Shown piece after piece: positions 10,901 through 23,620 of a DNA stretch of 64,000 nt. The stretch is from Vicugna vicugna (taxonomy: Eukaryota): NCBI GenBank assembly GCA_013265495.1, contig MU061464.1, forward strand, positions 310,001 to 374,000. Reading direction: 5' to 3'. Numbering within the stretch: the stretch's first letter is position 1; every line of letters begins with the position of its first letter. A model generated the notes under the pieces. That model was not told the origin of the DNA. It did not search any database and saw nothing but the letters and a program-made list of their open reading frames with translations. The translations under genes were made by a program, and so were the position numbers.

Positions 10901-13729
10901 TCTAACTTCCTGGCTTTAGTACCTTCTTACACTCGCGAGGCAGCCTCTGTTTAAACACCCCCAGGAGCAGGGACCTCTGTACTTGTGAAGACATGTCATC
11001 GTATCTTTGGATTGTGTGTGTGGTGACTATTGGAGCTGAAGGCTGCCTCCTCAAAACTTGGTTCTGTTGACTCCATTCCTCTAGAACTGCCCACTTCCCC
11101 AGGACAGCTCTTGGGATGTGCAAAGACAGTGTGACGTCCCCCTCCCCCATTACCGTTCCTCAGTGCAAAATCACCCTGTCCTTGCCACAGTTCCATGTGG
11201 GGCTTGGCTCCTAGGTGCCACCTCAGCGTGTCGTCCTCTCTCAGGGAGAGCCCTGGCGTCTGGAAGTGAGCGTGGTGACCGAGACCTGATCTGGTCCACG
11301 AGGAGGACAGCGGGACAGCTATTGTCGGGGACCAGGGCGCGAGCGTCTGCTCACTGCGGCTCAGTTTACAGAGCTGCCGAGCAGAGATGCTTGTGTGAAC
11401 TGCTCCGTCCTGTGTCCACTGTGCAGACCTGTGTATGTGTATGTGAAGTTGAGTGGATGTTCTCTGTTTTTGACCCTGTGCGGTGCTCTCCTGTTTGTTC
11501 TGGTCCAGTCTCCAGGCCTTTTGAGATTTTAAAATCTTGATTCTGCCTTCTTAATCATATGAGAAAGGAGGGAGGGTTGACTTTGCCGAAAGCTCTGTAG
11601 TCGCCGGTGTTGACACCTCGTGGAACCCAGTAGTTGGCACTGCTGGCCCTGCTTGAGAGCTGGGGTGCTGGGGGGTGGAGGCGAAGTCCAGGGCTTGCTT
11701 GGCCCCGGGTTTAGGGGCTTCTGAGAAATTCGTGTTCGTGGCCAAGCTCCATGTTTGCGCCTGGGGGTGCCCTTTAGAAACTGAGTCTGTTGCAAGCTTC
11801 TGAGATCTGTGTCCCATCCTCTGGGGTCTTTGCAATTCCGTTTAGACGTCTGGAAGAGAATCTCTAATGTTCTTTGCGAGTCTGAAGCTTCCAGGTCAGA
11901 GTTACTTTTGAAATTTGTGCAGAGGTAGACGGGGTAACTGACACTGGCAGAAGCCACTGCGTATGAAGGTGGTTCCCACTCGGGCTAAGCTGGGTTTTTT
12001 TCTTTTTCTTTTTGCAAATGTGCCTGAGATTAATCAGTGACAGCTTTACATTTGGGGAAGGAGAGGGGACTGGGGCTTAGAGACGAGCCTTTTCCCCAGA
12101 ACTGAGCTTTAGCTTGTCGTTGGTACAGGGTCGTACTTACCAGATTTCATGTCTTCGCTGAGAAGACGTTAGAGAGTCACCATTCTCAGACGTCCTTTGA
12201 AGCAGGCGGGTCAGAGATCCTGGGTAACTTCGTGCCAAGTTCTCCCCGTATTCTAGATCGATCTAACGAGGGCTGGAGCTGAGTAAATTACCTGGCCTGG
12301 GTGGCAGCCACGCAGCCGCGTTGAGAGAGCGGGAGCGGAAAGCCAGACCTCACAGCAGCACGCGTGGCCTCTGTTGTGACTGCCCGTTGTGCCCCAGTCC
12401 GTTGCTGGTGTGTGGCCTGTCCGGGTGGTACAGTCTGCTCGTCCTCACTTCTGCGCGGGTCCACGTGGGAAACCTGGCTGTGCCCCCTGGAGATGAAGGA
12501 TGTTCCTATGAGGAGAAGGGATGCTTTGCTTAAGGGGGGACGTATTTGAAAACCCTTAGCGATTGTCCTTTTGCACTTTCAAAGGCTGTGTCAAAGTTAA
12601 AGTCACCTTGGAGTTAAGGATGTGGTGTATCATTTTGAGGAGAGAGAGAATTGCATAGATGGGAGTGATCAGCTCTTGAAGCTGATGAGTTAGGTGAGAA
12701 GATCGAGGCACGGGGAGGGGAGGGGAGGGGCGCAGCTTAAACATGCAGTGACTGGGCAGGCGTGAGAACCCATCTGCCTTAAAGACCACGAGTCAAGGCT
12801 GAGGAGGAAGATTTCTCTGCTCGGAGGCATGTAAACAGTGATTCCCTTAGGTCTTGTTTACGTAATTGATCCAAAAGCAGGGGCACACAGTGGAATTGCT
12901 AGGTTTGCAGGTGATGGTAAGCTCTCTTGGAGTTACGAAACAGCCAGCGGTGGGGGGGGGTTACTGCAGGGAAACCGTACGAGGATGTGTTAATCATCAG
13001 AAGACTTGCAGGTGAGTTTCTTTGTGGGCAAATCTGAGGTCAGGTATTAAGTGAGAAATTATGGGACCGTCATAGGGCAGTTTTGGTGGGAACAGCCAGG
13101 AAAGGACTTGGAAAGTACTTTCACAGTGTTGCCCCAAACCTGTTGCAGGTTAAAAAGGACAGGAAATGCTAAGCTTCTTCAAAAAGAGTTTGGCAACAAA
13201 ACAGAAAACACTGTCTGAACTGACTTTGTACTGTGCTTTGTTCAAAGCATGGGCACCTGACTTTAGGCAAGACACCAGAGCAGGAATGACACTGTGGTGG
13301 TGCCTAGAAAGTCTGCAGTCCTGCTGGAATGGAAGCTCCCTGAGGACAGGGCCTTGCCCATCTGTTTTTCTGATTAAAAATAGCAGGTTTTCTAGCATCT
13401 GGAAAGAAGGCGGCTGGGAGGAGATGACATTGAAGCCTGTGAAGCCACTCAGGCCAGGGACACAGGGGCCTGGATGGCTCCCTGCCCCAGCAAGCCCGAG
13501 GCGCTGTTTCGCTCGCCTGCCTCCCTGCCTGCCAGCCCGCTACTCGGCCAGTGCACGAGGGCAGGGAGGCGTCTGTCTTACGCTCCGCTGGTTTCCTAGC
13601 GCCCCACCCACGGCAGGCCCTCCTTCGTATTTGGTGTCTGAAGGAACGCATGAGGAGGTATACCTGAAAGCTTTATAAGGCATAAATTCGGGACAAAATG
13701 CAAAAAAAAGGGAGGGGCACAGGTTTTTC

Positions 13730-13900
13730 TTAGCCCTGGGAGGCATCAGAGCCCATCTGGGGAGCAGTTTAGAGTCACATGCGCCCAGACCCTCCCTCAC
13801 ACCTATTGGATCAGAGTCTCCGGGAGTGGAGTTCTGTTTTGAAGAGTTCCTTTCACCCCCAGGTGGTTCTGATGTGCAGTCCAGACCGAGAACCGCCGTC
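13730..13900 (+). mobile_element. MER5-type hAT element
   Basis: catcagagcccatctgggg...cccccaggtggttctgatgtgcagtcc...gagaaccgccg resembles MER5A/B. Confidence 0.6.
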
Positions 13901-15009
13901 TTACATGGTGGGTGGCCTCGTCTGTGATACCATCTTACGAACGGAGAGGCTGGTGCTGACTGAAACACCTTCAGAAAAGTTCTGGAACGTCTGTGGCTGA
14001 TGGGCTCCCAGCTGGTTATTAAGACAAACAGTGAGCTTTTAGGTACGTCTGTGTCCCTGGAAGACAGTGGCCAAGACAGCAGAGGGTCCACCGTGTGGCC
14101 CTTGGTGCCTCCGTGCGGTGCTGCACCCTGGTTGGATGGCGTGACGGGCCGCCCCGCAGGCCTTTCCCGAGTGGGTCCGTAGTGACAGTTACACCAGCCT
14201 GTGGGAAAATAAGAAAAGGGCCATGCAGCAGGCTTTTCAGGTTTTAGTGCTAAATTTGTTCAGTTTAGGGGTTTTTTGTTGTTTTTAAAATCTGGGCTGT
14301 CCTTCCTACTCAGAGGGGTTAACCTCCCCACCCCCCTTTTATGAAAGGATGGTGATGGTTTGCTTTTTGGTATCATTTCTTGGTCACCTAAACCTGGCAA
14401 CTCTGTAACGTCTTCTGCACTTTTACCAGCCTGTGACGTGCACAGTCAGGGGGTCACTGCTCCTCTGAGGTGGTCCGGCGGTCTGTGCCCTCCTCCTGCC
14501 ACCTGCTGCTGGGGAGGGCTCACAGACGCCAGAGTTAGACTCTGTTTGGAAATCTGCTTTCCTAAGTGTTCCTTTTGACTTTCTTTCCCGGCTTGCTGGC
14601 AATAGTTAGGAACACGGCCAGAGAAGGCTCACTTCCCCAGCAACCCATAAATCCCACTGCTGAACCTCAGCCCTGACCGATCACCAGCACTGCAGGGAAT
14701 TCCGAAGCAGGGAGAAGGAGGGAAGCGAGCGACAACCCTTCTCTTTGAAGGGTGTTGCCACCAGGAGGCCGTCTCTGCAGGTCTCACACGGGAGTCAGGC
14801 GGATCTGCGCCCATCGCACTGGGCTTGAAGCCCCATCAGGAAGAGTCTCTTTTCTCCGATTGTTCCCCATGGAGTAAGCTTTTACAATCAGTTTATTACC
14901 AGGTTTAGCTAGTTTTTTTCAAACTTAACTGGTCAAGAAGTAATTGGACAGTGTATGGAACTGTTAATTCATGAGGCATTTATGGATTGTCCAAACCTAT
15001 GCCCTGGAC

Positions 15010-15115
15010 TTTACATGCATTCTCATTTAATCCTCAAAACAGCCCTGAGTGGTGGAGGGATTTGTTCCCACTTTGCAGACGAGGTAACTGAGGCTTGAGG
15101 TGTTATGTGATTTGA
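15010..15115 (-). mobile_element. MIR SINE
   Basis: ctcatttaatcctcaaaacagccctg...cccactttgcagacgaggtaactgaggc is the MIR core. Confidence 0.8.
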
Positions 15116-15340
15116 AAAAAAAATCACAAGAAGTTATGGAGGTAGAATTGAAACTAGTCTTGTTTATTTCAAAGCTGATTCTCTGACGTACCGTAATCTT
15201 CTCAGGTTTCTCTGTATTTATAGTACAATTTCTGTTAAAATCTGATGTTTTTAAAGTTTTTTTCCTTTTTTCTTGATTTTTGTCCTTGTTCTTTCCACAT
15301 AAAGGGGTTTATACCATCCCTGCTATTTGATAGTCCCACT

Positions 15341-15459
15341 TTAAAAAATTTGGGGGGGTAATTAGGTTTTATTTATTTTTTAATGGAGGTAATGGGGATT
15401 GAACCCAGGACCTTGTGCATGCTAAGCACGCGCTCTACCAGTGTACCTTCCCTCCACCC
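15341..15459 (-). mobile_element. Camelid tRNA-Ala-derived SINE (Vic-1/ALPINE-like)
   Basis: The reverse complement reads ggtagagcgcgtgcttagcatgcacaaggtcctgggttcaatcccc...acctcca followed by an aaataaataaaacctaattacccccc tail. B box intact, A box damaged by a short deletion. Confidence 0.9.
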
Positions 15460-16429
15460 TGAGAATCTGATTTTGAAGTGTAAAGGGACCTTACAAGTCC
15501 TCATTTATGGCTCAGATCCCAGACGTGGGAACACAGCTGAGAAGAGGGGAGCTGCGGTGGCACCCAGCTTTGCAGGTGTCCGGGCCAGTGTCTTTGTCAG
15601 TGTACGGTGGTTTTAGAAAAAACCACAATGAGTAAAAGTTCACCCTAGAATTTAGAGAGTAATTTAAAATCTCTTGTTTTGGTGCCTTCTCACACCCTGT
15701 TCTCTTTTAACATCAGCATGGGTGACAGGATGCTGCTGGTACTTCGCGCACACTGAGCGCCCTCCTCCAAGCTAGACCTGCCCCTGCAATACTGCTGTGC
15801 ACAAAAATACAAAGATGTGGCTAACGTTTGTTAACAGGTTTTGTCCAAAAGTTTGCTGAATAAATGCTATGAAAATATGTGTAATTAAAAACATATCATC
15901 ATCCATATCCTCTAGTTAAAGGGCAAATGAACAGCCGAATATCTATATATTCATAGTCTGTTTTATTTATAGATTTATTATGCTCAGGTATAGTCATTTC
16001 AGTGGAGTGAATTCATTCTGTTTGAGTTTCTACTTTAACGGTTTTATTTTTCATATTAACATTTAGCCAATAATAAAGTCCAAATTGGGGAGTGGTCTGC
16101 AGTGTTCACAGCTTATGCAAGTGAACCCACTTCCTATACGCAGACAGAGACAGAAAGGGGAGAGATAGGCCTTCCCCTCTCTTTAACTTAGTCCTTTTCA
16201 AGTATTTCTCTATTACGGGGCATTTTCCTTACTACTTAGTGCTAAGTCCTTTTCCTTATAAATTTTTTTGTACCTGGAAAATTCTGTACCAAGCAGAAAC
16301 TTTATAAGTACATCTGTTAATTTCTGCACTAACCAGAGATGGAGAGAGAGAATTAGGGTCGGATACTCGCTGTGGCCTGGGGTTGGAGGCCTCAGACACA
16401 CACCAAATCCTGCCTGAAGTGGAGAAGAT

Positions 16430-16680
16430 CGATGGCAGCTGGTGCTCAGCCTCGGGGCCAGGTGATCAGGAGGAACTGGGGGGGTGGCCCCGGGCTGAAC
16501 TAGAAAATGCAGGTCCTGCCTAAAGGGGCCTGTTTAACAGATCTGTTCAATTGTTGCCATATGGAAATATGGGGCAGTCTTGACAGATCTTCTGATTTTT
16601 CACTGTAAGCCAGAAATCTGGATTAGTTAAAATTCTCCTGATTTTGAAAGATCAGCTAACTCAACATTTTAAATAAGAAC
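16430..16680 (+). mobile_element. hAT-Charlie fossil (MER103C-like)
   Basis: ttgttgccatatggaaat...cagatcttctgatttt...gccagaaatctggatt...aaattctcctgattttgaaa. Confidence 0.65.
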
Positions 16681-19600
16681 TTTCTGAGCAGACTGAACAA
16701 AACAGCTTTGTGGAATGGATGCAGCCTGCAAGTGCAGGCCCTTAGAGGTGGACAGCCCTTCAGCTCGGTAAGCAGAGGCACAGGGTTTGAATAAAAGCAA
16801 TAATACACTTTTAAAAGGTTGAAAGAAATCAAACCTTGATGTCATGGTTTTGTGTACCGCGCTCCCCTCCCCTGACACACACACTTGTAATGGTAACAAT
16901 TTCTGCCCTTTAAATTTGGTGCATTGTGACTGGAGTGGATGCATTTGAAGGGGTTTCCTGCCCAAAGGAGTAATGGAATCAGGGAGAGACAGGTGGAGTG
17001 GAGCATGGGGAAGGAAGCTGGAGGAGAGCACGTGGGTGTGGGTGGCAGGCAGGCCCAGGGACAGAGACCCACGGTGGGGTGAGGAAAGAGAAGAGGACGA
17101 CTTCTGTATATATTAAGGGGGATGTGGATGTGGTCGGGAAGAGAAGAGGAGGAAAGAGGAGTCCTTGCAGGAGAAGGGAAAATTGTGACCCGATAAATAT
17201 TTAGAACTAGTGCAGAATCTGTGTGGGTGGGCGCTGGGCTGCCGCTTTGCCATCCCGGGTGTGCACATTAGCTTGTGTTGTGGCTTCTGCAAAAGGAGAA
17301 TTGGAGCGAGAAGGAAAAGAAGGGGTTTGTGCTGGGAAAGGAGAGTACGGAGTGAGGAAAGGAAGAGGGGACTAGGGAACAGCTGACATCACGCTGAAAA
17401 TGTTTCCATTGTGCAAACCAACAGCCTTCCCCCCACCGCGCCCCCAACCACAGCATCGTTTGAGGGAGTGTGCGCGTAGCCTCCTACGTGTGGTGGCCCC
17501 CAGCTCCCAGGTAGCTCTGGGCACCAGCTTGTTTTGCTTTGGGGGCTGGTGTGCTAAGCACACTTGGAGCCGCGTGCCCACAGCCCCTCTGGGTGACGTT
17601 AGCTGTATCTGCCCTCCCCAGGGCATGCTGCGCTGCTGGGAGAGCCGTGCAGACTGAGTTTGAGCCCCTCTCCTGTCTGGGCGCCCTTGGGAGGGCATGA
17701 CCGCAGAGCTGTACTGTGACCCTTCCTTCTAGGGCCCCTGTCTTAGTTTTACCTGCCCTTCTGGGGAGAGTCCTTCATTGTCCGAGTATAATCTGTCGGC
17801 TGTGCGCCCTCTGGAAGAAGAGCGGTGGTGTTTTAGCAGACCGCTGTTACTGGCTGCGTCTAGACTTCTGACCCGAGAGGGGATTTTTAAAACCATTTTT
17901 CTCTTAATCAACCCAAGTATGGCACACTGTTCCTGGAATTCCAGCGTTTTCTGGGAAAGAAACCTTTCGATGCATCAGCAGGTCTCATCCCAGCCCTGAG
18001 GACTGCCATCCCCGTGCGATTCGAACCCCGTCTTTCTCAGCTGGTGTAGCTTTAAATCTTTAACATGTTGGTTGCTCTCAGAATATAAAGTGCATTTAAA
18101 GAATGCTCCCCTGTGTCAGTTTTCTGCAATAAAGGGTCTTTGTCTTGTTCTGTTTTTCTCAGTGTGGAAGCCCGCATGTAGAACTGAGGGGTGGGCGCAC
18201 ACTTGCTTGCACTGTTACTGGGAAGGAGGAAGATTCTTCAGATTCCACTGTTTGTTCTTCCAGGGACTCCAGTCCACAGATGGAAGTCCTGGAAAATCCT
18301 GTCAGGAAGTGAAACTTGTAAATAATCTTTGTGCGGGTTTGGGGCATTACGGATTAACAAATTGTACAAGAAGTCTTCTTTAACCTTATAAAATACACTG
18401 TAAAGAGAACACAATTGTAGAGACGCATCCAGCCTGGAAATAACAATAGGAGACACTTGCATGTGCCTGGCGCTGCTTGGAGCCCTTTACGCGTATAGCT
18501 CGGGTGTCCCTCAGCACGGCCCGCTGTGAGCGGGCGACGCAGAGGCCCTGCTCCCGCCGCCACGAGCGGCCGAGGGCCTCGGGGCCGCGGAGCTCCCAGG
18601 GCAGAGCCGAGGCGGGAGCCCGGGCGGGCGCGGCTCAGAGGCCCTGCTTTGGAGGCTGTGCTTTGGCCTCTGTGCTCTTCTCACAGCAAGGATCACACGT
18701 GGTTTTTAGAAACTTCCTGTGCTTTTCCCATCACCTCAGCTCTAAACTCAGGACCAGAGTTTGATTCAAAAAAAGAAAAAGTCCTCCTCCTTCCCTAATG
18801 CCTGCTCCTCAAACCGACCAAACAAACCGCGGTGTCAGGAGACAGCCTCCGTCGGGAGGGGAGAGCCGAGGGGCCCGCTGCCTGGAGCGCTGCCGACACC
18901 AGACGGCCCGCCGTTCCTGGGGCTGCAGGCGGGGCCGCGACGCCGTGGCGGCCCCACTCTTGGCACCAGAACTGTCTTAGGAGCACGGGCGCTTTACCTT
19001 CACCTTCACAGCTGGTGGATCTGGCGAGCCTCTGAGACTCAGGGTGGCCTTTCACGCCTCCCCGAGGGCGGCGGGAGGGCGGCGGGAGATCCTGCCTTCT
19101 GGTCCGGCTCTCTTCCCTGCCCACCGTGTGACCTTGCGTTTCTTAAGACCTGGGTTTCGTCCCCTGCAGGTGGTGGAGGGGATGAAACCAGTGGGACTGG
19201 TTTGCTGAGAGTCTGGACGAGAAGCTCTTGCACATGACGGTGTCTCATGGACGGGGTGGCCGTGTGTGTTGGGCGGCTGGGGACCGGCGTGTCCTTTGTG
19301 AGCCTGGGCAGTCCTTCCCGTGGGCGAGTGGCGCCTGGGATGCGTGGGGGCCGTCAGGAGGCTTTGCGTCGACCTGAACGTCTCTGATCTCCAGTCCTCT
19401 CCTTACCTGCATTGCAGTGTGGACGGTGATGTGGGTGTCGACCCAGTTCTTGGCCCAAACCCCTTTTCCTTGGTTTTCCTCCCTCCTGCTTTGGGCTCGC
19501 CTCCAGTTTGCCTACAAAGTGCCATTTGTTGTGAGGGTGAAGCCGGCAATTCTCTGGGCAGCGACACTGTGGCTGCAGGCAGTTACTGTAGTTCAAAGCA

Positions 19601-20049
19601 AAAAGCCAAGTTGGAGTAGGAGGGACAGACAGGGCTCGTCTGTTAGAATTTTGTACATTGATTTTTGAAGGAAAGAAGGGATTAAGAGGTGACTTCTCAA
19701 TAGAAATATTGTGAAATGCCCTTCGTAACAGGACAAAATCGGGCAAGGAGAAAGGGCTTTAAGAAATCACTGTTTATTACTTTGAAATCAAGTGCTTTTT
19801 ACTTTTTTGAGTGGAAGCAGATGCTTTTGAGCACTTACGTGTCTGCATGTCCGCAGTGCAGCCTCGCAGGCTGGGGAACAGACGGCAGATAAACGACCCT
19901 AACAGCAGCACCCGCGTAGGTGCACCTCAGGCGTCCGCGGTGGGCCGGACGCATTCTGTGTTTCATCCTCACGGCAGTCGTGAAGGTGGGGATTGCTTTT
20001 TGAGTGTCTCATTCAAAGATTACAAAATTGAGACTCAAAGCGTTGAAAT

Positions 20050-20540
20050 AACCTGCCAAGGGTGACAGTGTGCGTGAGTACCTGGAGGAGCTGTCTCTCA
20101 TCCACAGTGGGAGAGATGAGGAAGATGTGCCCTGCTTTCCGGCAGAACCAGCATGTAATTCAGTGCAGCGTGCCACGTATACTGTAATTTCTGCAGGAGC
20201 TGAGGTTTTTGGACATTTGGTTTTTTGGACATTGTGACTAGAAAGATCAGAGAAGATTTCACAAAGAAAAATAACTTGGCAGCCTGGCCTTGAAGGATGA
20301 GAAAGAGGGTGTGTGGTAGGGAAAGGGTAGGGGAGCTGAGGGAGCGTCGGGAGACATAAAAGCAGCATGTGATGTGTTTGGGGAATGATACTGTGACAGA
20401 GTCAGGGATGTGGAGGGGAGGAGGGCAGAAAGTAGTTTGGGACAGATCACAGAGGGCCTCAAGCGTTCTGCTAAGGAATTTGGACTTCATTCCATTGCCT
20501 TTGAAGGTTATTCCATTAAAGGTTCTTGGGAAGGGAAATC
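20050..20540 (-). mobile_element. L2 fragment
   Basis: Purine-rich L2-type antisense sequence (ggacagatcacagagggcctc...gctaaggaatttggacttcattcc). Confidence 0.55.
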
Positions 20541-20599
20541 CTTTGCTCTAGTCTCTGGCGTCCGTCGCTGATTCTGGAGTCAAGAAAGGAGCAGGGTGT

Positions 20600-20762
20600 C
20601 TGCAGCAGAGGTGCCCCGACCAGGCTGCAGCTAGGGTCACCGGGAGCTTCTTAAACATACAGATTCTGGGAACACTCCACCCCACCTGCACTCCCCAGGA
20701 GACACTGTGTTTAAAAGCCCGTGGGGGATTCAGAGTGCCGTCAGATAAGGGAATAGTGCTGT
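20600..20762 (+). mobile_element. MER5-type hAT element
   Basis: caccgggagcttcttaaacatacagattctggg...ccacccc...tttaaaagccc...ggggattcag. Confidence 0.6.
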
Positions 20763-21799
20763 AGGCATTCTGAGGCTGGCTGTGAGTTTGTCCTTGTGCG
20801 GATGAGTTCTAAACCATAGGAGGGGGCTGGCAACCAAACCTTGGGGAAGTCTGTCTATTTAGACTTTATCGTCTGCTTTGATTCTCTGAGATATTAAATA
20901 ATCTCATGGCATCATCACTTGCACATCCATGTTCCCATTCATGTCTGGAATTCAGTATCGCTCTAATTTGTTTGCCTTTGTGCTAAGCACCCCGCTCCCT
21001 TTTTTGGAGGGCGTAGTTTGAAGGAAGCAACATAACATGTGGGGCTTCCGTGGTGACTGTCCCTTCATCGACAGCCCCTCATAGAGCTCGAGCTGCAGAG
21101 TCCGCCGCCCGCAGCGTGGTGGCCGCAGGGCTGACGGCTCAGGTCTTCAGTCTCTGGGAGATGCGGGAAACGATGCTCACTTGTGTTTCCTGGGACCCAG
21201 CGTGAAGTTAGGCCATTTTTTTTTTTCCCAGATGTCACAGACCTCTCTTACTTCCGTTTCTTGAGTTCTAAATCAACTACTCAACTTTTAAAGTATAATT
21301 TTTGCTGGGAAGGCAAATAGTTCTACCAAGGGAGAAGTGATTTCTCAACATTAAAAAAATTAGAAATTGTAATTTATGCTTAAAAAAATAATGTTAGTCC
21401 AAGTTTCAGCTCTCTTTGCTCTTCCTTCTCCGCTGTCCTTTATCCTGCCGTGTGTTTGCAAATCATTCTCATGACCTTCTGCCTGTGCGGCATATTTGTA
21501 GTGGGGCCAGATTATACATACACCACTGACTTTTTCATTTGACCTCTAAATTCAGCCTTTGAGCCCCTTCATTGCTTTGAGTTTTGCTAACAAAGTCTTC
21601 TTGTTGAAAGAAATACTGTTTCCCATGGAACTTTACTGCTGGCGTGTGGAATAATAGAATCATGCTTTTTTGAGTTCAGACCGAGGGGCCTAAGATCGTA
21701 AACATTTCCAGTTTGCTACTGCTTACTTCACTTAGCTCAGCCTTGGCATCTCAGGTCCAGAGGCAGTTCCCTCCCAGTGGCATCCTCAGCCCCTCCCTG

Positions 21800-22230
21800 A
21801 AAATTAAAGAGAGCACAAAAATGAGACCGAACGTCTTGTTTTTCTTCACCACTCTGTTAATTTAACTAAGTCAATTGGCTTGCCCTCATTTGCCCTTTAT
21901 CACACCTCCCCAAATTAATGTTTTGCGCAAATTTGATTATAACAATGTGAACAATTTCTAAGTTACTTTTGAATACAGATTGAATACTGTTCCTTGTGGC
22001 CCTTTTCTTCATCCACTGGTGGATGTTTCCAGTCTGGTTTTTTTCTCCCCAGCCTGCTTAACTCCTGTGTGGTTCTTATAGCCACGTAAGTTTCAGTGGA
22101 TTTAGTGATCCTGATTGTCTGGGACACCGTATCAAATGCTTTATCAAGATCAAAGCATGGGGAGTTCATGGCATTCCCTTCCCTTGCCAGTTCAGGTGAC
22201 CTGAGCCAGGCAAACCTGGAGCCTTGCAGT
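21800..22230 (-). mobile_element. CR1/L3 LINE reverse-transcriptase fossil
   Basis: The minus-strand ORF contains REGNAMNSPCFDLDKAFDTVSQ (CR1 RT motif like EGNAVDVxYLDFSKAFDTVSH). About 200 nt downstream, IIKFAQNINLG (~21905-21940) matches CR1 LIKFADDTKLG. Confidence 0.8.
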
Positions 22231-22589
22231 CGAGGATTCTGGTCGAGGAGAGGCAGCAGCCCTCCTTCCTGACTTTGCAGCAAATCTCTGTTCCTTTCTT
22301 TTCAGTATTCGTTTATTCAGTAACGTGTAGCAGGACCTGCATCCTTGACCCTGTGCAACCAGTGGTTACATTCTTGCTGCAGAGAGGAAAGCGTCTGAGC
22401 CTTTCAGTCCTCCCCTCCTGCCGAGTCATGGGGCTGCTCCCCGTGAACTTGCACGCCGCAGACAGCGAGCCCGGGCCAGCTGCGCCCCGGCGGTGGCGAA
22501 GCGCAGGGTCAGGGTGGGCGGTGGGCAGCCAGCTGCCGAGTTCTGGGCTTTGCTGGCGGTGCTACTCAGGCAGGTTGCTTAAGGGCCTG

Positions 22590-22680
22590 TGTCTGTTTCC
22601 TGGTCTGTAAGATGGAGGCAATGGTAGTTCCTGCCTGATAGAGTTGTTGTCAGGAACAAAGTGGTTGGAATTTGTTTAGC
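22590..22680 (+). mobile_element. MIR SINE
   Basis: ctgtttcctggtctgtaagatggaggcaatggtagttcctgcctgatagagttgttgtcagga. Confidence 0.75.
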
Positions 22681-22872
22681 TAGGTTTAGTTTAAAAATTG
22701 ATGAATAATCTTTTAAAGGTTTGTAATAGCTTTTCTGGATTTTGCAGGCACTTTGTTTTTCTTTCACATTTTTTGCTTTAGTCACTCCACTGCAGGCAAA
22801 GGGAAGGAAAGGAAAATCAAACTGTCCATCTTTGCCTCCTCAAATTGCTTGTAAATTGCTTTTCTTCCTTAG

Positions 22873-23620
22873 GACGCCGTTGTAACAGATAATTGAGAAT
22901 TGATGATGTGCTCAGCGGACAGTGATGTGGGACTTACTCCCTATCAGCTCATATATTTTGCCACTTTCTGATGTGTAATTATACAAATGTTTATATATTT
23001 TTAAAATTCTTTCAAGAACGTTATTTTCTTAATAATGAACATTTTATTTATTTGACTTGTTAAGACAAATTCTTTTAAGTTGTTGGATTTTTAATGCATT
23101 ATTTTTAAATGGATGTCCAAAGAGAATTAAAAACCTTTTTTCAGTAAGGAAGCAGAAATACCCACTATAGAAGATGAATAGACAAAACATGCCTTCTTAA
23201 GAAAAACGTCTTATAGGACAGTGTTTAGTCTACACAATACACACCATGATTAACAGTCGGTAAATAACTCAAGACTGTTCATCACTAGCAGTCTGTGCCG
23301 GGACAGTTTGAATGCTCTTAATTTACGTACAGGTTTTGGCATTTAGTCAAATCCTTATGGCTTCTTGCTAACCCTTCATATTTATGCTCACTAAATCACA
23401 GTACATCAGTCATCATGGCACACTTTACGTATATATTCATGTACTAACTAAAGAATGAGAGAGGAAACTTGGAAAAACATGTATTAAGATTTTGTCCTTC
23501 ACAGTCTGATTTGTTATTTTATTAACTACTTTTCAGCTGCCACCTAAAGAACATTTAATTTTTTATATTTATATAAAATGTATTTTTATTTATAATAAAA
23601 TAATTTAACAATAATTTATA
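22873..23620 (+). ncRNA. Candidate AU-rich terminal exon
   Basis: Polypyrimidine acceptor ttgcttttcttccttAG (22871-22872), abrupt switch to AT-rich sequence, about nine ATTTA pentamers, AATAAA at 23594. Confidence 0.45.

Larger units (their letters stand above)
7760..23620 (+). ncRNA. Putative spliced lncRNA, or alternative upstream-promoter transcript of the downstream gene
   Basis: Inferred from CGI-1 exon 1, a strong acceptor at 22872 and an AT-rich terminal exon with AATAAA. No coding exon recognised in between; internal exons unresolved. Confidence 0.4.

Noticed and set aside
21963-22283. 106-aa ORF as a functional reverse transcriptase or domesticated gene
   Set aside because: Only a short fragment; the catalytic motif is degraded and lies beyond the stop. 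Kept as a CR1 fossil only.
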